This document shows positions 25,741 through 36,962 of a stretch of DNA of 64,000 nucleotides, one piece after another; position 1 is the first letter of the stretch, and each line of letters starts with the position of its first letter. The notes beneath the pieces are model-generated. The model worked only from the letters and a program-made list of their open reading frames with translations. It made no database searches and was not told the DNA's origin. The position numbers and the translations under genes were made by a program. Source of the stretch: Octopus sinensis (Eukaryota); NCBI RefSeq assembly GCF_006345805.1, contig NC_043001.1, forward strand, positions 85,374,001-85,438,000, in the 5' to 3' direction.

Positions 25741-28542
25741 TAACCTAAACATTCACACACAAATACACACACGTAAACCACACACCCACGACATATACAA
25801 ATACCCACACCACTTACACATACCTATACATACATATAAACCTCAACATATACTCCAAAAACCCACTCAACCCCACACAGACAAATAAACACAAAATTAT
25901 GAATGGATTCTTTTATAAAACTACCATGATAAGCTAAAACTCACAAAACATAAATGATAAAACCTCCCTTTACTAAACACTATAACATACTTATATAGCA
26001 ATCCCTTTAACCTATACATTCACACACAAATACACACACGTAAACCACACACCCATAACAAATACAAACACCCACCCCACACACACACACCCACAAGACA
26101 TATACGCCTCAACATATACACCAAACAAAATTACTTTACCAAGGAACTTAACATATGTATAAAAAGTATAACCGCTCTGGAAACGAACATCTTTTAAAAT
26201 AATGAATGGAGAAATGGAATAAATGGAATTAAAAATAATATTCACGTGGCAAAACGAACACCACTCAAAAATTATGAATGAAACAATGTAATAAAACAAC
26301 CAACATCGAAAATAGACAAATTACCACGAATTCCCTAAAAAAAAACCATGATAAACCAAAACTCTTAAAAACATATAACGATAAAATCTCCCTTTGCTAA
26401 ACTCTATAACAAACCTATATAGCAATCCCCCTAACCTAAACATTCACACACAAAAAACACACACGTAAACCACAGACCCACGACTTATACACATACCTAT
26501 ACTAACTTATAAACCTCAATAGCACCAAAGCCACTCCCTCCCCACACAGACAAATTAACACATACATCCCAAAACCTAAATAACAAACCCATATACACAT
26601 TCACACACAAACACACACACACGCAAAAAACACACACACAACAGATAATATACTCCCTCACATATACGCATATACATACTCACACTAAACTCGATATATA
26701 CAACAATATTTACACACCCACACTCATACAGATAAATAAATTATACAACTAAAAACTCACACACAATCTCATATACATAAACACTCCAATAAAAAACAAC
26801 ATTAAATACATCGTAATTAACCAGAATATCAAAAATAACAATATGACATAAGGAGAAATAAAATACATACTTACAAGTCAGTTTCAAATTATGAAGTGAA
26901 ATTAAATTCTTAGCCGTTAAAAAAATCAAACCAAAATTACGTTACCATAGAAATATAACTTATGTAAAAAAAGAATACGCGCCATGGAAAGTAAACGTCA
27001 TTTAAAATTATGAATGGAGAAATAGAATAAATGGAACTAAAAACTATATCCACGTGGCAAACCAACACTACTTAAAAAAAATTTATTATGAATGGATTCT
27101 TTAATAAAACTACCATAATAAATTATTATATACAATTATGAGCTTTAGCTCATCTTAGCAGCTCTAACAAACAACTTGCAGTAACCCAAATCTATTATCG
27201 ATGCCTGCCTTACTACTACACTATTCCATTCCCAATTCCAAGCAACGCTAGCCCACCACCGGTTACAATTCCCAACTCCACCCATTCATTCACAATTTCA
27301 ACGACGTTCACCTCCACAGCGCTACATATAAGCCTCAACATATACACCGGAGATTCACTTTCACATCCGTGCGGATGGGTGAGATTATACATTGAGTGTA
27401 GTGATGGGGCTCCCATTACTATACACATTTGTACCTGTGTGGTAGTCTCCATGTGTATATTCACGCACGGGTATAAATGCAGGGGGTACACGCGCACGGC
27501 ATGTAAGTGTACCCCCTCACATGTACATATGCATGCTAGTTGGGCTCGATATGTGCAACAATGTAATCGCGCCCGCATACATGCATATGGGCGAGTTGCA
27601 CAATCAAAATACGCACACGTGTGTGTGTGCGTTCCCTGGTTGTGCAATTCACCCATCTGGGTGTGAGTGGGTGTAAGCGTATTGCTGTGGATGTCGAGCT
27701 TGATACGTATGTATATGAGTGTGTATTGGGGGGTTGTACGTATTTATTGTGTGCATGTGCTTCACGCACGTGCATCCATGTAAGGATGAATATATTGGGA
27801 TTGCTATGTGGGTGTAAATTGGGTATGGAGGGGGAGTTTTGTCATTGTATGGGTGTAGGTTTCATTTGTGATGGTGGTTTGTTGGTGATTTTTAATATTT
27901 CTGTATATTTGGGTTAGTTATGTATCATTCTAGTGTGTATAATTGTATACATATGATTGGTGTGAGTGGGATTACGCCCATTTTTGGGGATGTATGTGTT
28001 TATTCGTACGTATGGGGCGGGAGTGGCCGTTTGGTGTATATGTTGAGTCTCACATGCAATTCCAGGTACGCGCGAATGAAGTGGGCACTTATATTTGTTA
28101 TGGGTGTGTATACTTTATTATAACAGACAATACCCAAATAAAATCTGTCAATTCAACATACCAAATAAAAAACCAAAAATCAAAGGGATCGTAAACATTC
28201 ACACATACATACAAAACTCAATAAAAACACCACTAAATAACACCCATCACATATAAATATATCCTCCAAAATACATATAACAAATGCATAATAAAAATAC
28301 ATAATAAAATAAAATAAAAATAAAAAAATATATAAATAAAGAAAATAAAAAATCTAATATAAATTATTAAAGTTTTAACATACCATAAACTGTTATATTA
28401 ATATACATTAAAAATGAACTAATTAAACAAAGAAATATCAATAAAGACTAACTATAATTAAAGCCTAGACTACATACCAAAAAATATATTATCTAAACTA
28501 ATTTAAACTAAACTAAAGTAACCTAATAGGGAACTATTATTG

Positions 28543-29029
28543 CTATTTATCATGAAACTTATTATATAGGTAAAGTAACTTATGTCTGCATTTTATTTTG
28601 CGCTCTTCACCAGTATTAAGTAAATTATCATACTTAAAATAAAATTCTTTAAACTCATTAGAGCATAAATAACAACAATTAGCTCCTATAGTATATGATT
28701 TAGTTTTACAAATTATTTCCCAAATTAAACTATAATTAATATTTAGTGATTTAAGACTCCAAATGTACTTATTAAGTCCAGTTGAGTTGATTAAGTTTTT
28801 ATTTTTAAAAGAATTCATATGTTGTGCGATTCTTAGTTTTATTTTTGAGGAAGTAGAACCTATATAAACCTTGTTTTGGGTAATTATTATTCTTAAAGTT
28901 ATTATCATGTAATGTAACTATACATTTATACACTACATCGTTAATATCACAATTATTATTTAATATACAATTAGATTTATCTCTACATGTACAATTAATA
29001 TAAGTCTTATCATTAAATATTATTATCAA
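28543..29029 (-). pseudogene. PLE GIY-YIG endonuclease region (two frames, one frameshift near 28870)
   Basis: CTCRDKSNC...VVYKC then VYIGST...KLRIAQH...STGLNKYIW...CYLC..E...LLN...KCRH. Confidence 0.88.
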
Positions 29030-29721
29030 ATAATTTCTTTTTATAAAAATTATTCAGTTTATATTTATTAAATGAAGAAATAATGTTACCAACATTATTA
29101 GTGGTAGAATAACCAACTCCAAAATTATTAAAAGAGAAAATGTTTCTATATTTACGATTAACTCTAATAAATAGTTCTATAACATCTAAAATCTCTTTAA
29201 TAATATTCGTTTTTACTTGATCTCCATAAGGAACTATTAACCAAATTTATTCTTAATAACCTTATTATTATTATCATTATTATAAATATATTTATAATTC
29301 TTTATTTTATTAAAATTATTATCAAAATTATATCTATGTACAGCATTTAAGGAATTATTAATATTATTAATTTATCAATATAATTATTATAATAATTATT
29401 AAATTTATTTTTATTTTTATTATTCTTATTTATATTATTATTATTATTATATTTATTATTATTATTATTATTCTTATTTATATTTTTATCATTTTTATTA
29501 TTTTTTTTATAATCTATTATTTTTACCACTAAACCTAAAAAATTATAATTATTATTAGAAGTATCTCGAAAATTATCAATTAAATCTTTATCACTAATAT
29601 TATAAAATTTAATATTCCTATTATAACCTGCCTCTCTAAGGCCTCATTATAATAATTAGCATGTTTATTAAAAATCTCTATATCATAAGAGAGTAATGAA
29701 ATACGTTTACTTATATTATTA

Positions 29722-31050
29722 TCAACGAGATTTTTTAATAGAAAATGGGTGATTACTATTAACATTTATATATCTAAGGTTCTCATTAAGTTTATGATAT
29801 GGTTGTGTTTTACCTGTAATAAGATTAAAATTAACATCTAAATAATTAACATTATAATTCTCCTTATATATAGTAATACTTAAACCATATCTTTTAAAGA
29901 AACTATATAGTTTTTTCTTATATACTTCTAGATTCCTATTAGTACAATTCTTTGCAACTAGTAGAAGATCGTCTCTATATAAACCACCCTCTATCTTAAG
30001 ATTTTCTAATTGGAGTTCAGATAAAAGAAAAATACCTACTAAATCAGTAGCCTGTGCAGAATCTGGTGCTCCCATAGGTATATCAAAACAATCTCTAGTA
30101 TCATTCCTAGCCCATAATTTATTTTTATATTTAATTAGCGATTTCCTAGCCATTTTAATTACATTAACTTCTTCCCGTGACATACCCACTTTATTCATTG
30201 CGAAAATAAGCGCTTTATTAAACACAATTTCATTAATAGAAGAATAATAATTATCTATATCTATTTGAATAAATTTATAACGATTTTTATCTTTAATATT
30301 ATTAAACCATTTCAATGTATTATCATTACTAAACCATAATTTTAAATAATTAAGTTTATTTAACTTAATATATTTATCTAAAATAAATTTACTTAATTTA
30401 CCTAGGTCCGATTTACATGGGCAAATTAATCTAACTTTAGGTTCTGAATAAAAATTATCTTTATGGTCTTTAAGAGTAATTCTGGGGTGCAAAGGTACAT
30501 AAGGTTCAGTTTTATTATCCAACTCATATTTTAACATTACTACTTTAGAGGCCTTATTAATATTATAAAGAATATCATCTGGAACAATTTTATATTTTTT
30601 AATTATTTCTTTTCCTAATAGTTTATCATATAATTTAACATCTAATTTATATAGGTTCCTTGTTTTATCAGATTGTACTATAATACCATCCATATTTCTC
30701 ATATCTTTAATTTTAATTGCTAAATTCCTTAAATATTCATTATTTCTATTTGGGTATTTATGGAATTCAATATTTTTTACCACCTTCCATATACTATCTT
30801 CAAGTAATTGTAATTCTTTATTAAATGGAGGTTCCTTTCTAGATTTAAATTTAGAGGTAAAATTATCATCCCTACTATCAATATCATTAAATAAAAAAAA
30901 ATTATAGTAAAAAGCTTTCCATTTAATTCTAGAAATAAAATCTTTAACATTATTAACAAGTTTCAAGATAAATTCCTTTCTAGAAGGAATAGGAATATCT
31001 TTCAAAGATGAATCCCAAAACAGCGGTTCTATCTTACCTGTAAAATCCAT
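29722..31050 (-). CDS. PLE reverse transcriptase (N-terminal 442 aa; reading continues through frameshifts)
   Basis: SLKDIPIP, SDKTRNLY, ITLKDHK, RLICP, DIDNYYSSI, PMGAPDSA, LYRDD, YLDV, PYHK, YINVNSNHP: PLE-type RT motifs. Confidence 0.9.
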   Translation of the reverse strand: MDFTGKIEPLFWDSSLKDIPIPSRKEFILKLVNNVKDFISRIKWKAFYYNFFLFNDIDSRDDNFTSKFKSRKEPPFNKELQLLEDSIWKVVKNIEFHKYPNRNNEYLRNLAIKIKDMRNMDGIIVQSDKTRNLYKLDVKLYDKLLGKEIIKKYKIVPDDILYNINKASKVVMLKYELDNKTEPYVPLHPRITLKDHKDNFYSEPKVRLICPCKSDLGKLSKFILDKYIKLNKLNYLKLWFSNDNTLKWFNNIKDKNRYKFIQIDIDNYYSSINEIVFNKALIFAMNKVGMSREEVNVIKMARKSLIKYKNKLWARNDTRDCFDIPMGAPDSAQATDLVGIFLLSELQLENLKIEGGLYRDDLLLVAKNCTNRNLEVYKKKLYSFFKRYGLSITIYKENYNVNYLDVNFNLITGKTQPYHKLNENLRYINVNSNHPFSIKKSR

Positions 31051-31106
31051 AATTTACGAAATTGAGGTATTACACTCAATATACAAAATTATCAATATAT
31101 ATAAAT

Positions 31107-32016
31107 AATAAATATTAGGGAATAAATCCAAATTTACAGGGAGAAAATCAGATTTAGGATTAAATCCAATTTTATAGTAAAAATTATAAAATATTATTAG
31201 AGACAAAACCACTATTTTGCAAAACAAACAAGGAAAGACTTAATCAATACATAAAATTTTAATAAATAGTCAAAAAACCGCCACTACAATTGTTTCTTGT
31301 CTTGATCGACAATCTTCAGGTGGACTTCCAATCTAAAATATCAATATTTTAAATATAAAATAATAATTTTAAATAATTAAAGTATGAATGAAAAAATATA
31401 AATATATAATCCATATATAACCTATATATAATCCATATATAATCAATATATAAACAATATATAAACTAAAATAAACTATCAACAATTAAATATAAAATAT
31501 AAAATATAAATATATAAAATATAAAACAAAACGAAAAAAATAATAATAATATAATAATAAACTATATATACACCCATACACATATACCTAATTATATATA
31601 ACCATATCTAACTACATACACTAAATCACACACCTATATATATATCCCTATACATACACATAAAAACGTCTAGGCAACTATAAATAAATAAAATAGCTAA
31701 ATACTTCAACACAATACTTATTCATACTCCCACACACACACATACAACCCACATTCACGCTCTAGAAAACGGACATCACTTAAAATTATGAACGGAGAAA
31801 TGAATAAATGGAATTAAAATTATATCACTTGGTAAAACGAACACTACTTAAAAATTATGAATGAAACATGCAATAAAACAACAGACATCGCAAATAGACA
31901 CAAATTACTACGAATTCCTTAACAAACCTACCATGATAAACCAAAACTCATAAAAACATATAATGATAAAATCTCCCTTTACTAAACTCTATAACATACC
32001 TATATAGCAATCCCCC
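31107..32016 (-). repeat. PLE upstream pseudo-LTR (copy 2)
   Basis: Direct repeat of 24838-25740, ending ~55 bp before the RT ATG. Confidence 0.92.
31281..31323 (-). ncRNA. Minimal type-I hammerhead ribozyme motif (pLTR copy 2)
   Basis: Identical to 25014-25056. Confidence 0.88.
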
Positions 32017-32632
32017 TTTTCTCCGTTCATAATTTTAAGTGATGTCCGTTTTCTAGAGCGTGAATGTGGGTTGTATGTGTGTGTGTGTGGGAGTATGAAT
32101 AAGTATTGTGTTGAAGTATTTAGCTATTTTATTTATTTATAGTTGCCTAGACGTTTTTATGTGTATGTATAGGGATATAATATAGGTGTGTGATTTAGTG
32201 TATGTAGTTAGATATAGTTATATATAATTAGGTATAGTGTATGGGTGTATATATAGTTTATTATTATATTATTATTTTTTTGTTTTGTTTTATATTTTAT
32301 ATTTTATATTTTATATTTTATATTTAATTGTTGATAGGTTATTTTAGTTTATATATTGTTTATATATTGATTATATATGGATTATATATAGGTTATATAT
32401 GGATTATATATTTATATTTTTTCATTCATACTTTAATTATTTTAAAATTATTATTTTTATATTTTAAAATATTGATATTTTAGATTGGAAGTCCACCTGA
32501 AGATTGTCGATCGAGACAAGAAACAATTGTAGTGGCGGTTTTTTTGACTATTTATTAAAATTTTATGTATTGATTAAGTCTTTCCTTGTTTGTTTTGCAA
32601 AATAGTGGTTTTGTCTCTAATAATATTTTATA
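32017..32632 (+). repeat. Inverted truncated pLTR (copy 3)
   Basis: Reverse complement of ~31186-31800. Confidence 0.92.
32493..32535 (+). ncRNA. Minimal type-I hammerhead ribozyme motif (inverted pLTR)
   Basis: ccacCTGAAGAttgtcgatcgagacaaGAAAcaattgTAgtgg; a single change, in loop II. Confidence 0.88.
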
Positions 32633-33100
32633 TATATATATATTCCCGTCTTAACGTGGGGGCTATCTCAGAACATAAAATACTACATTATTTACTGTGA
32701 TAGATTCTCTTATACGGACTCTTGGTACGTAAAAGCGCTCGAAATTACATCGTTGACAGAAAAGAATCGTCTGTTATTTTCACTGAATCTTCTAAATCAC
32801 GTTATTTCTTCTTCAATGCTCTCCTTCGAGACAGATATCCAGAGGCGTGATAAGAGCCTAATCTTCCGTCAGCAGTAAATAGGATCTCATTGTCTAACCA
32901 GGTACTGGTGTCGCAAATGGCCAGTGGGAATTTTTTATAAAATAACTAATATTGATACAACCAACACATTAAGTTGGTCAAGAGAATATTTTGTATTAAT
33001 GTTGTTTCTGTCGCTATTATTAATACATATGTGTGTGTGCTCGTTGTGTGTGTGTACATAAATAAATACATACATAGATACACATGCATACACACACACA

Positions 33101-33137
<37 letters not shown>

Positions 33138-33143
<6 letters not shown>

Positions 33144-34170
33144 CCACAGTGTACGTACGCCGTATATGTTTATATAAATAGGAAAAAATATATATAGGAC
33201 AAGAACGCAAAATATCCAGACCAGACAGATGGTAGAAAAAAGTGTGGAAGAGAGGAGAGGGAATAGATTTAGAGGCAGAATGATTGAAGAATAGGGAGGG
33301 ACGAGAAAAAAGAAAAGGGACAGAGTGAAGTGAAAGAGGAGGGAGGTGAGAATGAAGAGAAAACCAGGAAATATGAGAGAGGGGGAACGAAAGAAATAAG
33401 AGTAGAAAGAACGAAGTAAGTGTGAAGGCCTGATAAAAAGAAAGAAGAATGAAAAAATAAGAGTGTTGTACAAAATTTATATATATATATACATATAAGA
33501 TACCACAGTGTACGTACGCCGCCATATGTATATAAAACGGAATACAAAAAATGAGACAAGAACGCAAAATATCCAGACAGATGATACAAAGAAGGGAGAA
33601 GCAAAAACCAGGACGGGTCATTCGGAGTTTTCTTTCCTCAATCGAATTCCAGATTATTTTTGCAGTTTCTGCTAGTTATACACGAGATTGCTCCAATATG
33701 GCCACCCCCAAAGAAAAACTAAACTAAGAGCACTATATGATCTTTGCAATTTCGGCTGGTTATACTCAGGATTGCTCCAATCTGGTCAGCCCCAAAGAAA
33801 ATCTAAGATAAGAGTACTTGGAAGAAAGCAGCGAATGTATAAGAAAACAAGGACGAAAAAAACCGGAGAAATGGTCCTGTTATTTACATTTGTATTTGTG
33901 TACTATTTCTCCTTATTTTTCCGTCCTTATTTTCGTATACATTCGCTGCTTTCTTCCAAGGAATCTAGTGCTCTTAGCTTAGGTTTCTTTGGGGCTGACC
34001 AGATTGGAGCAATCCTGAGTATAACCAGCAGAAATTGCAAAGATAATCTAGAAAGCAACTGAGGAAAGAAAAACTCCGAATGACCAATCTTTGTTGTTTC
34101 CTGTCCCTTTTTTGTACCTTTTATCTGGATGGTTTGCGTTCTTGTCCTATTTCTTGCATTCCTTATATGA
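33138..34170. repeat. Composite repeat with nested direct and inverted arms
   Basis: Direct repeat 33138-33230 / 33498-33582; inverted arms 33616-33735 / 33966-34085; outer inverted match at ~34125-34170. Confidence 0.8.
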
Positions 34171-34290
34171 ATAAATAAATGAATAAATAAATAAATTTAT
34201 ATATATATATATTTATTGGCTAAACTGGCAAAATGACCATTCCGAAATATAACAATATATATATACAAATATATATATATACATATATAA

Positions 34291-34620
34291 ATTTAAGAGA
34301 GTTAACGTTAAGTGGCCAACTCCAGTGCTAGAAACAGCTCCTTATTCTGGTATAGCCACCGAAGATTGTTTCCACAGAAGAAATAACATTACCTTCAACG
34401 TAAGGGAAGCGAAATACAACTAATATGTGAGTATAATTGCATATTATGTTGATAAAGAAACAATTGTTCAGTATTAATCTATCTTTTCGTTGTATTTCGC
34501 TTCCCTTACGTTGCAGGTAATGCTATTTCTTCTGTGGAAACAATCTTCGGCGGCTATACCAGAATAAGGAGCTGTTTCTAGCACTAGAGTTGGTCACTTA
34601 ACGTTAACCCTCTTATATTT
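34291..34620. repeat. Long inverted repeat (~130-bp arms, ~68-bp spacer)
   Basis: 34291-34420 is the reverse complement of 34489-34620 with few mismatches. Confidence 0.9.
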
Positions 34621-35365
34621 ATGTATAAATTTGTACTGTCTCTCTGGTTTCTATGTGCTAGGCCACTTGGTGTTAAACTGACGGTATTATTAAATTAATA
34701 TCTAATTTTTCACCCTCATTTATGAATTTACAAATATCTCTTTCTCTCTATATATATATAAACACGACGGGCGTCTTTGTGTTACCGTCTACCAAATTCC
34801 CTCACGAGGTTTGCTCGGGCTTGATCTATAGCTGAAATGATTTACCCAAGATGTTGCACAGAAGAAATAAATCTAGAGCCAATGTAGTTGAGAATAAGCT
34901 TCTTACCACACACCAATCCCTTATGATTTCTTTTTTAAAGACATGAGAGAAAAATCCGTTCAGGCTGACTTTCTCTTTGGTTGGATTTCTCCCAGAAATA
35001 TGAGAGTCGTGTGTAAGATTCTATGAACTTTACTCACTAACCGAAACTATTTTGAAAATCATAAACAATTTGGTGATAGAACAGACAATCAAATTGTTCA
35101 ATATTTTCGGTTAGTTAAATGTAACGGTATCAATTCTAAAAAGGTTTTAGACTGGGGCTTCCGCTTGGAAGTGATAATGGAATGTTTCTTCTCGACTGAA
35201 TGTTGCTACCGTGAATAAGTGAATTTCAGGCATTGCTCCAGGCCTTATTGGTTAAGATTCAATAGCCAGCTTTGAAGCTCATTGAAACACTACAGAAAAC
35301 TGTTGCAACAATCAGTCACACGACATTGCTTCTTCCAGCTCAGAAAACAAAACAAAACAAAAATC

Positions 35366-35400
<35 letters not shown>

Positions 35401-35965
35401 GAGAGAGAGAAAGAGAGAGAGAGAGTGAGAGGGGCAGGCAGACAGACAGAAACTGAGACAGTGATAGATAGAGAATGGAAATACCTTTTCCATTTCGAGG
35501 ATACATTTTTTTTCTGAAACAAAGAGTAAAAACCGGAGAAAGCTAATAGAGAAATGGAAAGCACGTATAGAAAACTGCCATAAGATGCTGAAATGTCTAA
35601 AACCACCGACATTGCCGCATTGCTTACAAGAGACTGGGGTGCGTGAACGGAGTCCAATGACGAACTAGTGGTGTTATATAGAAAGGCAGTGTAATTCCAG
35701 TACAGAAGAAGGGTTTGGTGGGATTTGAACTCAGAACACTAAGTAACGGAAGAAGCATTGCAAAGGAGCCAGGCGGAAAAAGCACTGCAAGGGAGCCAGA
35801 GAATCAAATCTGAGACGATGTAAGCTAAACTACGAACGAATGAATGCCGGCTATAGACACAAATTATGAATACTAAAAAAATATCTATTTATCTATCCGA
35901 TTGTGTCTCATTTATGATGATATTTTATGTGATGTGTGTATAAGAACATACATAAATACATGCAC

Positions 35966-36016
<51 letters not shown>

Positions 36017-36204
36017 CATTTTATAAGGGCTTAGTAAAATAAATTACTTTGCCACATACTGAACTCATTAGAAATAGCAGCCAAAAAAAATTTTTTTTAG
36101 CCATTTCTAATACTTAAAGAAAATTTCTCTCAGATAGTGTTTACTCAAAATAGCCCACGAAGGTATGGGGGTAAAAACATTAAAAATCACAAGTGCAAAG
36201 ATTA

Positions 36205-36266
36205 TTTGAGAACGTACGTTTCTAGATCAGCCAAATACAATTCGACATTTCTTTCGTCAGCTCAAA
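36205..36266 (-). ncRNA. Hammerhead ribozyme-like motif (second family)
   Basis: tttgag-CTGACGA-(imperfect 31-nt stem II)-GAAA-cgtacg-TT-ctcaaa; 6-bp stem I, palindromic stem III, GUU triplet. Confidence 0.7.
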
Positions 36267-36564
36267 ATTCCTTAATTCGGATTTGTAAACACTGAAAGTA
36301 GGAGCATACCCTTTTGGCGACTTTTCACCTCCGAAGATCCGTTCAAACTAACAGTGCCAACAAATTCAAAATATGCAAGCGAAGAATTTCTGCTCTCCCC
36401 TTTCCACCCACGTGGGCTAACCTAGCAAACACCATAATTTTATCGGTGAAAACCGAAGCATTAAACAGAGAGAAATGAATTATAATTTCAACAATTGAGG
36501 GTAAAATTAATTAATTATTAATCAATTTCACCAAGTATTCAGTATGTAAAGGGACCAATTGTTG

Positions 36565-36623
<59 letters not shown>

Positions 36624-36899
36624 ATATATATACACAAAATACACTCAAATACATGTACATGAATACATATGTACATGCATGAATGCATATATAAACACAT
36701 AGGTACGTAGATACAGACTTATACATACATAAACACATATATATTGTTAAATAGAGAAAGAGAGAGGAGGAGGAGGAGGAGGAGGAGGGAGATAACCCAC
36801 ACACATGTAGATATATGCATATATACCTATGTATGTATATATATACACAAATACCTATAGAAGAATTACGTGCTCACACACATATATCAATACATATAT

Positions 36900-36962
<63 letters not shown>

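Larger units (their letters stand above)
24838..32632 (-). mobile_element. Penelope-like retroelement (PLE), near full length, with direct and inverted pseudo-LTRs
   Basis: RT and C-terminal GIY-YIG reading frames; ~0.9 kb direct repeats 6.27 kb apart; adjoining ~0.6 kb inverted copy; hammerhead motif in each repeat; both ends run into (TA)n. Confidence 0.93.

Noticed and set aside
25480-27120. CRISPR-like array
   Set aside because: Eukaryotic context; repeats are long, diverged and separated by related rather than unique sequence.
27216-28194. Overlapping Cys/His-rich ORFs as a second PLE gene
   Set aside because: Arise from CA/GT-biased sequence in several frames on both strands; no motif.
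28543-31050. Selenocysteine (in-frame TGA) recoding as reported for some PLEs
   Set aside because: The conserved Cys codons I read are TGT/TGC; the TGA ending the RT ORF follows a frameshift rather than a Cys position.
32935-33621. 228-aa hydrophobic ORF as a membrane protein
   Set aside because: Reverse strand of purine-rich and TA repeats inside a composite repeat; no recognisable domain.
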